Source: an uncultured Clostridia bacterium (lineage in GTDB: Bacteria; Bacillota; Clostridia; Christensenellales; Borkfalkiaceae). From it: a DNA stretch of 43,170 bases. Each line of letters starts with the position of its first letter. Positions within the stretch are counted from its first letter, which is position 1. Location: contig CANPYD010000001.1 in NCBI GenBank assembly GCA_947587775.1, positions 1 to 43,170 on the forward strand, read 5' to 3'. The position numbers and the translations under genes were made by a program. Positions 35,649-43,170 of this stretch are shown piece after piece. Under the pieces are notes generated by a model. The model ran no database searches, had not been told where the DNA came from, and saw nothing but the letters and a program-made list of their open reading frames with translations.

Positions 35649-36769
35649 TAAAATGTATTCCTTATATATTCCTTTGCTGTTTTATTCAAAATGTTTGCCG
35701 CTTCCGTGATCTCGCCTTCCGTCGTCTCGGGTGAAAAACTCAGGCGCAGAACGCCGTCGAGGATGCTTTGCGGATAGCCGCAGGCGGTCATCACGCGGCT
35801 GAACCTGTTCTTTGAGGAACAAGCGCTGCCCGTCCCGACGCAGAGCCCTCTGTCCCACAGCATACGCTGCAGAACCTCTCCGCGCATTCCCGCGGCAGAG
35901 ACGGTGAGAATGTACGGCGAACCATCTTTGGGCGAAATTCGGGTAAAAATATCCCCTTGCAGAAGCGAAAAGAGCTTTTCCCGCAGCGAACGAAGGCGCT
36001 CGGCGTCCTCTTTGAGGGTGCGGAATTTCTTCTCGGCAGCGTAGGCAAAGACCGCAATGCCGAAGGTATTCTCCGTGCCGCTTCTCGCTCCACCTTCCTG
36101 TCCGCCTCCGTAAATATAGGGGTTGAGGGCGAGCCCCTTGCGCTTGAAGAGCGCCCCCGTTCCCTTGAGCCCGCCGATCTTATGGGCACTCACCGAATAG
36201 AGATCGATCTCCGTCGGGAGCACAAAATTCAATTTGCCGTACGCCTGCACGCCGTCGCTCATGAAGAGCGTGCGGGGATTTTTCTTTTTGACCGCTTTTG
36301 CGATCGCCGCGACGTCGTTCACGGCGCCCGTCTCGTTATTCACATGGATGACGCTCACAAGGCTCGTCTTCTCATCAACGAGGGACAAAAGTGCATCGAT
36401 ATCCACGCTTCCGTCCCCTTTTACGGGCGCAAACCGCGGTTCGACGCCGCGGTTTTTGAGCTCCGTGCACGCGGAAAAGACTGCCGCATGCTCTCCTTGG
36501 GTCGTGACAACGTTGCCCCGCTTCCCGCCGCAAAAGATCGCCTGATTATCCGATTCACTCCCGCAGGAAGTAAAGATCAGGTCATATCTGTCCTTCCCGC
36601 CGACCGTTCCGAGGAGCTCCTCCCGCATTTTTTCAAGTTTTTTGGAGACGGAAAATCCCCCGCCGTATTTTGCGGAGGGGTTGAAATACAGTTCGGTCGT
36701 AAATTCGGCCGCACGCGCCAGCGCATCGGAATCCGGGCGAGTCGTGGCGGCATTATCGAAATAGATCAT
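35648..36769 (-). CDS. Cysteine desulfurase (NifS/IscS/NifZ family)
   Basis: 373-aa ORF with PLP lysine SAHKIGG and active-site Cys GSACSS. TAATG junction with thiI. Confidence 0.9.
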   Translation of the reverse strand: MIYFDNAATTRPDSDALARAAEFTTELYFNPSAKYGGGFSVSKKLEKMREELLGTVGGKDRYDLIFTSCGSESDNQAIFCGGKRGNVVTTQGEHAAVFSACTELKNRGVEPRFAPVKGDGSVDIDALLSLVDEKTSLVSVIHVNNETGAVNDVAAIAKAVKKKNPRTLFMSDGVQAYGKLNFVLPTEIDLYSVSAHKIGGLKGTGALFKRKGLALNPYIYGGGQEGGARSGTENTFGIAVFAYAAEKKFRTLKEDAERLRSLREKLFSLLQGDIFTRISPKDGSPYILTVSAAGMRGEVLQRMLWDRGLCVGTGSACSSKNRFSRVMTACGYPQSILDGVLRLSFSPETTEGEITEAANILNKTAKEYIRNTF

Positions 36770-37368
36770 TCTCTTTCCAGCTTTCTGACGCCCGCGGTCT
36801 TCACGATGTATTCGAGAAGCTCACGGCGGCATTCAATGACATACAACGTCTTCTGAATGGGACCCGAGACGAGAAGATAGATGAACTCTTTCTCGGCAGC
36901 GGGAGATTTATTCGGCGTAAGATATTTTGCCTTTTGCCCCTGTACACCGCGCAGGGTATCGGCAAAGGAAGGCTTCTCGACCCAGCCGATTTTAAGGATA
37001 TTGTCGGCGGTGATCGTCGTGAGATATTTCCGCGATTTTCCGTTATACACCTTCGTCACGCGGAGCTCATCCTCCACGAAAACATAATCGAAACTCACAT
37101 TGAAGCGGCGCTTGATGAACCAAAAGAGCGTCCCTCCGCCCACAAGCATCAGAATGGGCAAGATCCAGGTCAGAATGCTGAATACTTTACCGAGAGTCGT
37201 GATCTCATTGCTTTCCAAAATCGACGGGATCGTGGACGTCGAAAAAAAGGCAATGATCCCCGCGATAGAATAAAAGATGATCGAAAAAACAAGGAAAACG
37301 GTATAAAACCGCCTCTCTACACTCGCGCGCGTACTTGTTGCGCTCTCCTCATGCAGCATTTCGAGCAT
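36766..37368 (-). CDS. 2-TM membrane protein of unknown function, translationally coupled to cysteine desulfurase
   Basis: 200-aa ORF with a GGAGG SD. Two hydrophobic helices are followed by a soluble domain of about 110 aa. The stop overlaps the desulfurase ATG (ATGA). Confidence 0.7.
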   Translation of the reverse strand: MLEMLHEESATSTRASVERRFYTVFLVFSIIFYSIAGIIAFFSTSTIPSILESNEITTLGKVFSILTWILPILMLVGGGTLFWFIKRRFNVSFDYVFVEDELRVTKVYNGKSRKYLTTITADNILKIGWVEKPSFADTLRGVQGQKAKYLTPNKSPAAEKEFIYLLVSGPIQKTLYVIECRRELLEYIVKTAGVRKLERE

Positions 37369-37411
37369 CGGCCATGTTCCTCCTCTTCCGTCGTCTCCGC
37401 CGCGTCTATAC

Positions 37412-37440
37412 GATTATATCATACGGAACTTGTCCCGTCA
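37412..37440 (-). promoter_or_regulatory. Consensus promoter of the membrane protein-desulfurase-thiI operon
   Basis: Reverse strand reads TTGACG (37440-37435), a 17-nt spacer ending TGA, then TATAAT (37417-37412). Confidence 0.6.
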
Positions 37441-37540
37441 AGCGTTCACGGAGCCGAGATATTTCAATATCTTTCAAAGTAATGCTATATTATGTGTGGC
37501 ATAGTACTTCACAAATCGTCAAAAAAACAAAATTTCTATG

Positions 37541-37565
37541 AAAATCGGCGGCATTTCGCCGCCGA
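37541..37565 (-). terminator. Rho-independent terminator after the thioesterase operon
   Basis: Reverse strand, directly after the stop at 37567: TCGGCGGC-GAAAT-GCCGCCGA followed by TTTTC and further T-runs. Confidence 0.7.
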
Positions 37566-37566
37566 A

Positions 37567-38034
37567 TCAAGGGATATCCATCTCGTCGATCCGAGGATAA
37601 AAGGACGCGATCTCCTCGGGCGTAAACTGCTCTTCATACCGCTTGGCAAACATAACGCGGCGGTAAAAGGTAAACTTATCTCTCGAATCCTGCGTCTCGA
37701 ACGTGCAGACGAACTTACTCCTCGTCGCCTTGACGTCCACACAGCCCCTTTTGACGTCGTAAGTATAGGTCTTCCGCTTCGTGATGACGTGCACGACTTT
37801 ATCCGTCGTCTCGAATCCGATCGCCGCCCCCATGGAAATGCGAAGCGCATAAATTGCGTAAACGGTGAGATAGACAACAAAGACCGCGGGTGCGATGATC
37901 CAGAATGCCATCGCCTTCATAAACGCGAAGACAAGGCAGATCATGATGACGGGGATCGCCACAATACTGAAAAGGACAAAAAACTTTTTCCAGATCCTGA
38001 CATAATGCAAGATCGCAGGTTTCTCCCTTCTCAT
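37567..38034 (-). CDS. Small 2-TM membrane protein of unknown function
   Basis: Track ORF trimmed to the ATG at 38034 (ATGA overlap with the thioesterase stop). 155 aa: MRREKPAILHYVRIWKKFFVLFSIVAIPVIMICLVFAF..., followed by a beta-rich soluble C-terminus. Confidence 0.65.
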   Translation of the reverse strand: MRREKPAILHYVRIWKKFFVLFSIVAIPVIMICLVFAFMKAMAFWIIAPAVFVVYLTVYAIYALRISMGAAIGFETTDKVVHVITKRKTYTYDVKRGCVDVKATRSKFVCTFETQDSRDKFTFYRRVMFAKRYEEQFTPEEIASFYPRIDEMDIP

Positions 38035-38774
38035 ACTTCGTCCCCCGCAAAATCCACGCGGAACTGCGTCAAAAGTTCCCCGTCCGATCTCGCCTCGCAG
38101 ATGGTGTATCCGTCGAAATCCTGCCGCAAAAGCACAAGCTCCCTGCCCTCTTTTGCCTGTTTCGAATAGGAGATCTGAAAGGAACGGATCCGCCGCGCGG
38201 CGAGCTCTTCCATCGAGAAGCAATCGGTGAAGAAGTCGAGATAGCGGGTGTTGTTGGCGTGCAAATAGTGATCGCAATGGCTTTGGTTGACCCGCATACG
38301 ATACATTTCTTTCCCGTCCGTCAGTTTTCCGATCTTCCAGCTTGGAACTTCCACCGTCTTCTCGTTCCTGTAAGGGCAATTCGTATGAACGTCGCCCATG
38401 CGTTCGGGAGGAAGGAGTGCAAAGGTATTGAGATCGACAAGGCACCAGCGGGAAGCGAGCGCGGCGACCTCTTCTTCACCCGAAAGCACGCGGTAATCGC
38501 GCTCAAAGATCGTATGGCGGGGCGGAAGCGGCCACGTCTCTACGGTGATCTTTTCGCCCAGCCGCACGGGACGGTGCAACTCACAATAGGTGTTCACAAC
38601 CAAAAAACCGAATTTCAGAGGTCTTAAATCGTCATAGCCGAAGCCGAGCTCGTCCGCACTGCGGCAGGCGGACTCCTGAACGAGCGCAAGGAGCGCCGTA
38701 AGCGTCAATTCGTCCTTGAAATCAAAGTCCGAATAGCGCAACTCATATGTTTTTCTGTTGCAATAGCCTTCCAT
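38031..38774 (-). CDS. Acyl-ACP thioesterase
   Basis: 247-aa ORF with a double hot-dog pattern (YELRYSDFDFKDELT ... RMRVNQSHCDHYLHANNTRYLDFF), as in FatA/B-like bacterial acyl-ACP thioesterases. Confidence 0.82.
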   Translation of the reverse strand: MEGYCNRKTYELRYSDFDFKDELTLTALLALVQESACRSADELGFGYDDLRPLKFGFLVVNTYCELHRPVRLGEKITVETWPLPPRHTIFERDYRVLSGEEEVAALASRWCLVDLNTFALLPPERMGDVHTNCPYRNEKTVEVPSWKIGKLTDGKEMYRMRVNQSHCDHYLHANNTRYLDFFTDCFSMEELAARRIRSFQISYSKQAKEGRELVLLRQDFDGYTICEARSDGELLTQFRVDFAGDEV

Positions 38775-38782
38775 ATTGCGGA

Positions 38783-38811
38783 ATTATACCACAATACTAT
38801 GAAGATGTCAA
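38783..38811 (-). promoter_or_regulatory. Consensus promoter 8 nt upstream of the thioesterase ATG (leaderless candidate)
   Basis: Reverse strand reads TTGACA (38811-38806), a 17-nt spacer ending TGG, TATAAT (38788-38783), then TCCGCAAT and the ATG at 38774. No SD. Confidence 0.55.
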
Positions 38812-38817
38812 ATGAAA

Positions 38818-39519
38818 TTATGCCGTCGCGGTTGTGAGAAACGCGACGCTCCCCTTCAGGATCGCAGCGGCGATCTTTTTCTGGTAATCCTCCGTCACGA
38901 GCAGCGCCTCGTCCTCGGGATTGGACAAAAATCCGCACTCCACAATGACAGAGGGATAATCGCTGCAATTCAGGACAAAATAATCCCCTTTGAGCGCATC
39001 CGTTTTCTTGACGCACTCGGGCATCTCGTTGAGGGAAGCCTGAATGTCGCACGCGAGAAGGCGGGAACGCTCCGAGCTTTCGCGGAAGAACACCTGCGCG
39101 CCGCGGCGGGAACGCAGGGAAAAGAAATTCTGGTGCACCGAGATGACGAGCGCGGGAACGCTCTCACGGATCACTTCCGCGCGCCTCATCATATCCCGCT
39201 TTTTGTAGCCGCTCGTCGCCATGCCGTACAGTCCCGCCTCGGTCGGACGGGTCTGGATGACATAAAACCCCGCTTCCTCAAAGGCGTCCTGCAAAATACG
39301 GGAGAGAGATAGGTTGATGTCGCTCTCCTTTGTGCCCGTTTCAACGCCGACGACGCCCCCGTCGATCCCCCCGTGCCCCGCGTCAATGACAACGATGAGG
39401 CGGCTCGTTTCGGAAGCCGTGCGGGAGAGCGCAAAAAAGCAAATGCAGAAGGTAAAGGCGACCGCCGTGAGGATGGCGCAAAATCCGAATACCACCCGAT
39501 GGCGATAAAAAAAATTCAT
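38818..39519 (-). CDS. cwlD: N-acetylmuramoyl-L-alanine amidase, CwlD-like
   Basis: Trimmed to the ATG at 39519 (MNFFYRHRVVFGFCAILTAVAF..., signal/TM). Amidase_3 motifs: IDAGHGGIDGG, SVHQN, ECGFLSNPED. Confidence 0.85.
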   Translation of the reverse strand: MNFFYRHRVVFGFCAILTAVAFTFCICFFALSRTASETSRLIVVIDAGHGGIDGGVVGVETGTKESDINLSLSRILQDAFEEAGFYVIQTRPTEAGLYGMATSGYKKRDMMRRAEVIRESVPALVISVHQNFFSLRSRRGAQVFFRESSERSRLLACDIQASLNEMPECVKKTDALKGDYFVLNCSDYPSVIVECGFLSNPEDEALLVTEDYQKKIAAAILKGSVAFLTTATA

Positions 39520-39577
39520 ACAGTATCGTATGAATTTCTTTATCAGTTTAGAATCGCCGCTTCCCCAAACGCATACG

Positions 39578-40981
39578 TTATACGGCCGAGGGTCTGCTGC
39601 GAAAATATGCGTCGATGGACTTCGCTGCGGCTTTCCCCGCGCCCATGGCAAGAATGACGGTTGCAGAGCCCGTCACGGCGTCTCCGCCCGCAAAAACGCC
39701 TTCGAGAGAGGTCCTTCCCCCCTCGTCCGCGACAATCTCTCCGCGCGGCTTTGTCGCAAGGCCTGCAGTCGTCTGTCGGATGAGCGGGTTGGGAGAAGTC
39801 CCCAGCGCCATGATCACGCAGTCGGCGGGAAATTCGAACTCGCTTGACGGTTTCATGACGGGACTCCGCCTGCCGCTCTCGTCCGGCTGCCCGAGCTCCA
39901 TCTCCGCACAGCGAAGTGCGCAAACGTTGCCGTCGGGGCCGGTCAGAATTTCGACGGGATTTGTTAAAAACTTAAATTCGATCCCCTCTTCCAGTGCGTG
40001 TTCGACCTCTTCCCTTCGGGCGGGAAGCTCCTCTTTTCCCCTGCGGTAAACGACGCTCACGCGCGCCGCACCGAGACGTCTTGCCGTCCGCGCCGCGTCC
40101 ATAGCAACATTGCCGCCGCCCACCACAACCACGTTTTTTGCGCGGAAAATGGGCGTTTCGGCGTCCTCTTCATAGGCTTTCATGAGATTGGCGCGCGTGA
40201 GATACTCGTTTGCGGAAAAGACCCCCTTCGCGTTCTCGCCCTTGATCCCCATGAAGCGGGGAAGCCCCGCGCCCGTGCCGAGAAAGACCGCCTCGAATCC
40301 AAGCTCTGTTTTCAGCTCTTCCACAGAGTAGAGCCGTCCGATCACGGTGTTTGTCTCGAAAACGACACCGAGCGCGGCAAGCTCCTCTATCTCTCTTGCA
40401 ACGATCTCTTTGGGAAGACGGAATTCGGGGATCCCGTAGACAAGGACGCCGCCCGCCGCATGGAGCGCTTCGAAAACGGTGACTTCGTACCCGAGCTTTG
40501 CAAGATCTCCCGCACAGGCAAGTCCCGCGGGACCCGAGCCGACGACGGCGACCCTGTGCCCGTTGGAAACGGGGCGTTCCGCCGCGTGCGGGTGGGAGAA
40601 ATGCCGATCCGCCGCAAAGCGCTCGAGCCGACCGATCGCGACGGGCTCTCCCTTGATCCCCCGCGTGCAATATTTTTCGCACTGGTTCTCTTGCGGGCAC
40701 ACCCTGCCGCAGACGGCGGGGAGAGAAGAAGCGCGGGAGATGATCTGATAGGCCTCCTCATATTCCCCCTCCGCGATCTTCCCGATAAACTCGGGAATGG
40801 GGACGGCAACGGGACAGCCGTTGACGCACGGTCGGTTTTTGCAATGGATACACCGCGCTGCCTCGCGCTTTGCCGTCTCCTCCGGATAGCCGAGCGCCAC
40901 TTCGGAAAAGTTATGGCTCCGCGTGAAAGGATCCTGCACGGGCATCGGATATTTTGTTTCCCGCTTGTTGTAACCCGTCAT
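39578..40981 (-). CDS. nfnB: GltD-family NADPH oxidoreductase, NfnB / sulfide dehydrogenase SudA-like large subunit
   Basis: Trimmed to the ATG at 40981 (ATGA overlap with the nfnA stop). Two Cys clusters (CIHCKNRPCVNGCP, CGRVCPQENQCEKYC). FAD/NAD folds VAVVGSGPAGLACA and VVVVGGGNVAMD. Confidence 0.85.
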   Translation of the reverse strand: MTGYNKRETKYPMPVQDPFTRSHNFSEVALGYPEETAKREAARCIHCKNRPCVNGCPVAVPIPEFIGKIAEGEYEEAYQIISRASSLPAVCGRVCPQENQCEKYCTRGIKGEPVAIGRLERFAADRHFSHPHAAERPVSNGHRVAVVGSGPAGLACAGDLAKLGYEVTVFEALHAAGGVLVYGIPEFRLPKEIVAREIEELAALGVVFETNTVIGRLYSVEELKTELGFEAVFLGTGAGLPRFMGIKGENAKGVFSANEYLTRANLMKAYEEDAETPIFRAKNVVVVGGGNVAMDAARTARRLGAARVSVVYRRGKEELPARREEVEHALEEGIEFKFLTNPVEILTGPDGNVCALRCAEMELGQPDESGRRSPVMKPSSEFEFPADCVIMALGTSPNPLIRQTTAGLATKPRGEIVADEGGRTSLEGVFAGGDAVTGSATVILAMGAGKAAAKSIDAYFRSRPSAV

Positions 40982-41820
40982 TGCGCTTCCTCCTTCCGAT
41001 ACAGTCTGCAATGCTTCTCCCGCGCTTCCGCCTCAAAGGGAAGATAGGTGCGGGAACGCTCCATTGCCTCGTCAAAATCGATGAGCTGCGCATCGAAGTC
41101 CGGTCCGTCCACACAGGCAAAGCGGGTGACCCCGCCCACCGTCACGCGGCAGCAGCCGCACATGCCCGTCCCGTCGATCATAATGGGATTCATGCTCGCG
41201 ACCGTCTTTACGCCGTACGGCTTCGTCGTCAGGGCGACGTATTTCATCATGGCAAGCGGCCCGATCGCGTACACCGCATCGTATTTTCCCGCTTCGAGCA
41301 ATTCTTTGAGGGGAATACAGACGTTTCCGTGCCGCCCGCGGCTTCCGTCGTCCGTCGTAAGATAAAAAGTTTCGGACAGCGCGCGGAACTCCTCTTCGAG
41401 AATGACGGCCTCGCTGTTTCGGAATCCGATGACGGAGTGCACCTCTGCGCCCAGCTCCCGTAGCCGTTTCGCAATGGGCAGTGCGATCGCGCATCCCACG
41501 CCGCCGCCCACGACGACAGCCTTTTTCACCCCCTCAAGATCGGTCGGGTTGCCGAGCGGGCCGAAGAAATCGGCGATCGTCTCCCCAACCCTCTTTTCGT
41601 TGAGCGCTATCGTCGTCCCTCCGACGACCTGAAAGATGATCGTGACCGCGCCCCGTTCCCTGTCGCAGCCTGCGATCGTGAGCGGGATCCGCTCTCCTTG
41701 ATCGTCCACACGGAGGATAATAAATTGCCCCGCAAGCGCCTTTTGGGCAATGCGCGGCGCTTCGATCCCGAGCAGCGTGACGGTCTTGTTGAGTTCCTTG
41801 CGCGACAAAATTCGATTCAT
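40978..41820 (-). CDS. nfnA: PyrK-like FAD/[2Fe-2S] subunit, NfnA / SudB-like
   Basis: 280-aa ORF. Ferredoxin-reductase-type fold with C-terminal DGTGMCGCCRV cluster motif. Canonical partner of the GltD-like subunit. Confidence 0.85.
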   Translation of the reverse strand: MNRILSRKELNKTVTLLGIEAPRIAQKALAGQFIILRVDDQGERIPLTIAGCDRERGAVTIIFQVVGGTTIALNEKRVGETIADFFGPLGNPTDLEGVKKAVVVGGGVGCAIALPIAKRLRELGAEVHSVIGFRNSEAVILEEEFRALSETFYLTTDDGSRGRHGNVCIPLKELLEAGKYDAVYAIGPLAMMKYVALTTKPYGVKTVASMNPIMIDGTGMCGCCRVTVGGVTRFACVDGPDFDAQLIDFDEAMERSRTYLPFEAEAREKHCRLYRKEEAQ

Positions 41821-41838
41821 CGGTTTTCTCCTGTCTTT

Positions 41839-41868
41839 ATCCTATCACTTCGGGGGGCGGAATGTCAA
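41839..41868 (-). promoter_or_regulatory. Promoter of nfnAB
   Basis: Reverse strand reads TTGACA (41868-41863), an 18-nt spacer ending TGA, then TAGGAT (41844-41839). Confidence 0.45.
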
Positions 41869-41906
41869 TCATTCAAAAAATAATTTCATGGAATATCCCG
41901 AAATCC

Positions 41907-41935
41907 TTGACTTCATCTCCCTTCTCCGTTATAAT
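41907..41935 (+). promoter_or_regulatory. Consensus promoter of degV
   Basis: TTGACT (41907-41912), a 17-nt spacer, then TATAAT (41930-41935). Confidence 0.55.
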
Positions 41936-41972
41936 AAAAAAGGTTCACAAAATAAATATTCGGAGAGTGACT

Positions 41973-42842
41973 ATGTCTAAGGTGAAGATCGTCACCGATT
42001 CGAATAGCGGCATCACGCAAGCGGACGCGGAAAAACTGGGAATTTCCGTGCTCCCGATGCCCTTTCTGATCGACGGCAAAGAGTACTTTGAGGACATCAA
42101 CCTCACACAGGAAGAATTCTATGTCCACCTTCGGGGGGACGCGAACGTCTCCACTTCCCAGCCTGCCATTGCGAGCGTCACCGATCTTTGGGACGAACTC
42201 CTGAAGGACGGCAGCGAGATCGTGCATATCCCGATGTCGAGCGGGCTTTCGGAGTCCTGCCACACCGCGGAAACTCTGGCAAAAGAATACGGCGGCAGGG
42301 TGCAGGTCGTCGATAACCAGCGCATCTCCATTACCCAAAGGCAGAGCGTTTACGACGCGATCCACCTTGCGGAAGCGGGCAAGAGCGCGGCGGAGATCAA
42401 GGAAATCCTGCTCAAAACAAAATTCGACAGCAGTATCTACATCTCGCTCGACACACTGAAATATCTCAAAAAAGGCGGAAGGCTCACCCCCGCGGCGGCG
42501 CTCATCGGCACGATTTTGCGCATCAAGCCCGTTTTGCAGATCCAAGGGGAGAAGTTGGATGCTTTCAAGAAGGTCAACACTTTGAAGAAGGCGAAAGAAG
42601 TCATGATCGCGGCGATCGCAAAGGACTTTGAGACGCGGTTCAAGGCGCTCGTCCAAAACGGAGAGATGCAGCTCTCCGTCGCCTATACGGCAGACGATAC
42701 GGAAGCGAAGATCTTTGCGGAAGAGATCAAAGCAGCGTTCCCCGAAGTGATGTTCTCGTTCATCGATCCTCTCTCACTCTCGGTGTCCTGCCACATCGGT
42801 CCCGGGGCGCTCGCGGTCGCCTGTTCGAGAATTGTCAAATAA
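41973..42842 (+). CDS. degV: DegV-family fatty-acid-binding protein
   Basis: Trimmed to ATG 41973 (GGAGAG SD). MSKVKIVTDSNSGITQADAEKLGISVLPMPFLIDGKEYFED... is a typical DegV N-terminus. Confidence 0.9.
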   Translation: MSKVKIVTDSNSGITQADAEKLGISVLPMPFLIDGKEYFEDINLTQEEFYVHLRGDANVSTSQPAIASVTDLWDELLKDGSEIVHIPMSSGLSESCHTAETLAKEYGGRVQVVDNQRISITQRQSVYDAIHLAEAGKSAAEIKEILLKTKFDSSIYISLDTLKYLKKGGRLTPAAALIGTILRIKPVLQIQGEKLDAFKKVNTLKKAKEVMIAAIAKDFETRFKALVQNGEMQLSVAYTADDTEAKIFAEEIKAAFPEVMFSFIDPLSLSVSCHIGPGALAVACSRIVK

Positions 42843-42858
42843 TTTAATTAAAATTTAC

Positions 42859-42884
42859 GGCTTGCCTCACGGCAAGCCTTTTTT
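42859..42884 (+). terminator. Rho-independent terminator of degV
   Basis: GGCTTGCC-TCAC-GGCAAGCC followed by T6. Confidence 0.8.
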
Positions 42885-42904
42885 CAAACAGAGGCGCCCA
42901 CTTG

Positions 42905-43170
42905 CTTCCCCTCTCAGGGGAAGTACCCGCGCAGCGGGGGATAGGGTTTCTCGCTGCCCCTTTCAGGGGAAGTGGCGAACGTAGTGAGCCAAAGAGGTTT
43001 TTGAAACCCTTCTGTCACTCGCAAGCTCGTGACATCTCCCCTATGAGGGGCGACAAGATCAGTCACTTGCGGTGACGGCTCCCCTCCAAGGGGAGCCAAG
43101 GGGTGCCGAGAACGCAAGACCTGCCCCTGTTTACGGGGGCGGGTGGCGCGCATAGCGCGTCAGGTGGGGG
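42905..43170. repeat. Array of short GC-rich hairpins (REP-like intergenic repeats), continues to window edge
   Basis: Hairpins: CTTCCCCT-CTC-AGGGGAAG (42905-42923); CCCGC-GCA-GCGGG (42926-42938); CCCCT-TTC-AGGGG (42957-42969); GGTTT-TTG-AAACC (42996-43008); GTCAC-N10-GTGAC (43014-43033); CCCCT-ATG-AGGGG (43038-43050); GTCAC-N5-GTGAC (43062-43076); GGCTCCCCT-CCA-AGGGGAGCC (43077-43097); GCCCCTG-TTTA-CGGGGGC (43123-43140); CGCGC-ATA-GCGCG (43147-43159). Confidence 0.6.

Noticed and set aside
37456-37471. AGATAT-TTCA-ATATCT inverted repeat upstream of the -35 of the desulfurase-operon promoter
   Set aside because: It is a 6-bp AT-rich palindrome in an AT-rich intergenic region. It is plausible as an operator or UP-like element but indistinguishable from chance without comparative data.
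42914-43153. 79-aa reverse ORF in the right-edge region
   Set aside because: It is a translated hairpin-repeat array with no SD and no protein-like composition.
42905-43170. Possible CRISPR array
   Set aside because: The repeats are short inverted repeats (hairpins) of variable sequence and spacing. They are not constant-length direct repeats separated by unique spacers, and no cas genes are nearby.

Overview
This window looks like core chromosome from a moderately GC-rich, Clostridia-type Gram-positive organism. Supporting signs are Firmicutes-style TTGACA-N17-TATAAT promoters, strong GGAGG ribosome-binding sites, and a cwlD-type amidase that suggests a spore former. Gene order from left to right: (1) a reverse-strand dcw (division/cell-wall) cluster, mraZ-rsmH-ftsL-like-classB PBP-murE-mraY-murD-ftsW-murA-ftsQ (ftsQ runs off the left edge), with murI just upstream; (2) rpsT; (3) an XRE-cupin regulator plus potABCD; (4) a reverse-strand six-gene membrane operon: SPFH protein, 2-TM orphan, NatAB-like ABC pair, 8-TM orphan, and a 58-aa ribbon-helix-helix (RHH) gene that falls below the ORF-track cutoff; (5) upp; (6) a reverse-strand cobB(sir2)-miaB-mutS-mutL-miaA-ynbB operon; (7) a class A PBP; (8) thiI plus cysteine desulfurase with a small membrane protein; (9) acyl-ACP thioesterase with another small membrane protein; (10) cwlD; (11) nfnAB; (12) degV; (13) a dense REP-like hairpin array at the right edge. 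I found no rRNA, tRNA, CRISPR, transposase/integrase, or recognisable defence gene. Most of the window is ordinary housekeeping. The least explained locus is the SPFH/ABC/orphan/RHH operon (17562-22759), which has a tandem palindrome operator candidate in its leader. I cannot assign it to any described system, and I cannot show that it is a defence system. Other points worth a second look: a 1-nt frameshift in essential murD inside an A8 run; phased MraZ-box-like repeats; a palindrome inside the pot-regulator promoter; two consensus promoters placed 8 nt from an ATG (leaderless candidates); a PotA with a duplicated C-terminal domain; and a PotD-like lipoprotein with an extra C-terminal TM anchor. 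The many long antisense ORFs in the track are GC3 mirror artefacts.
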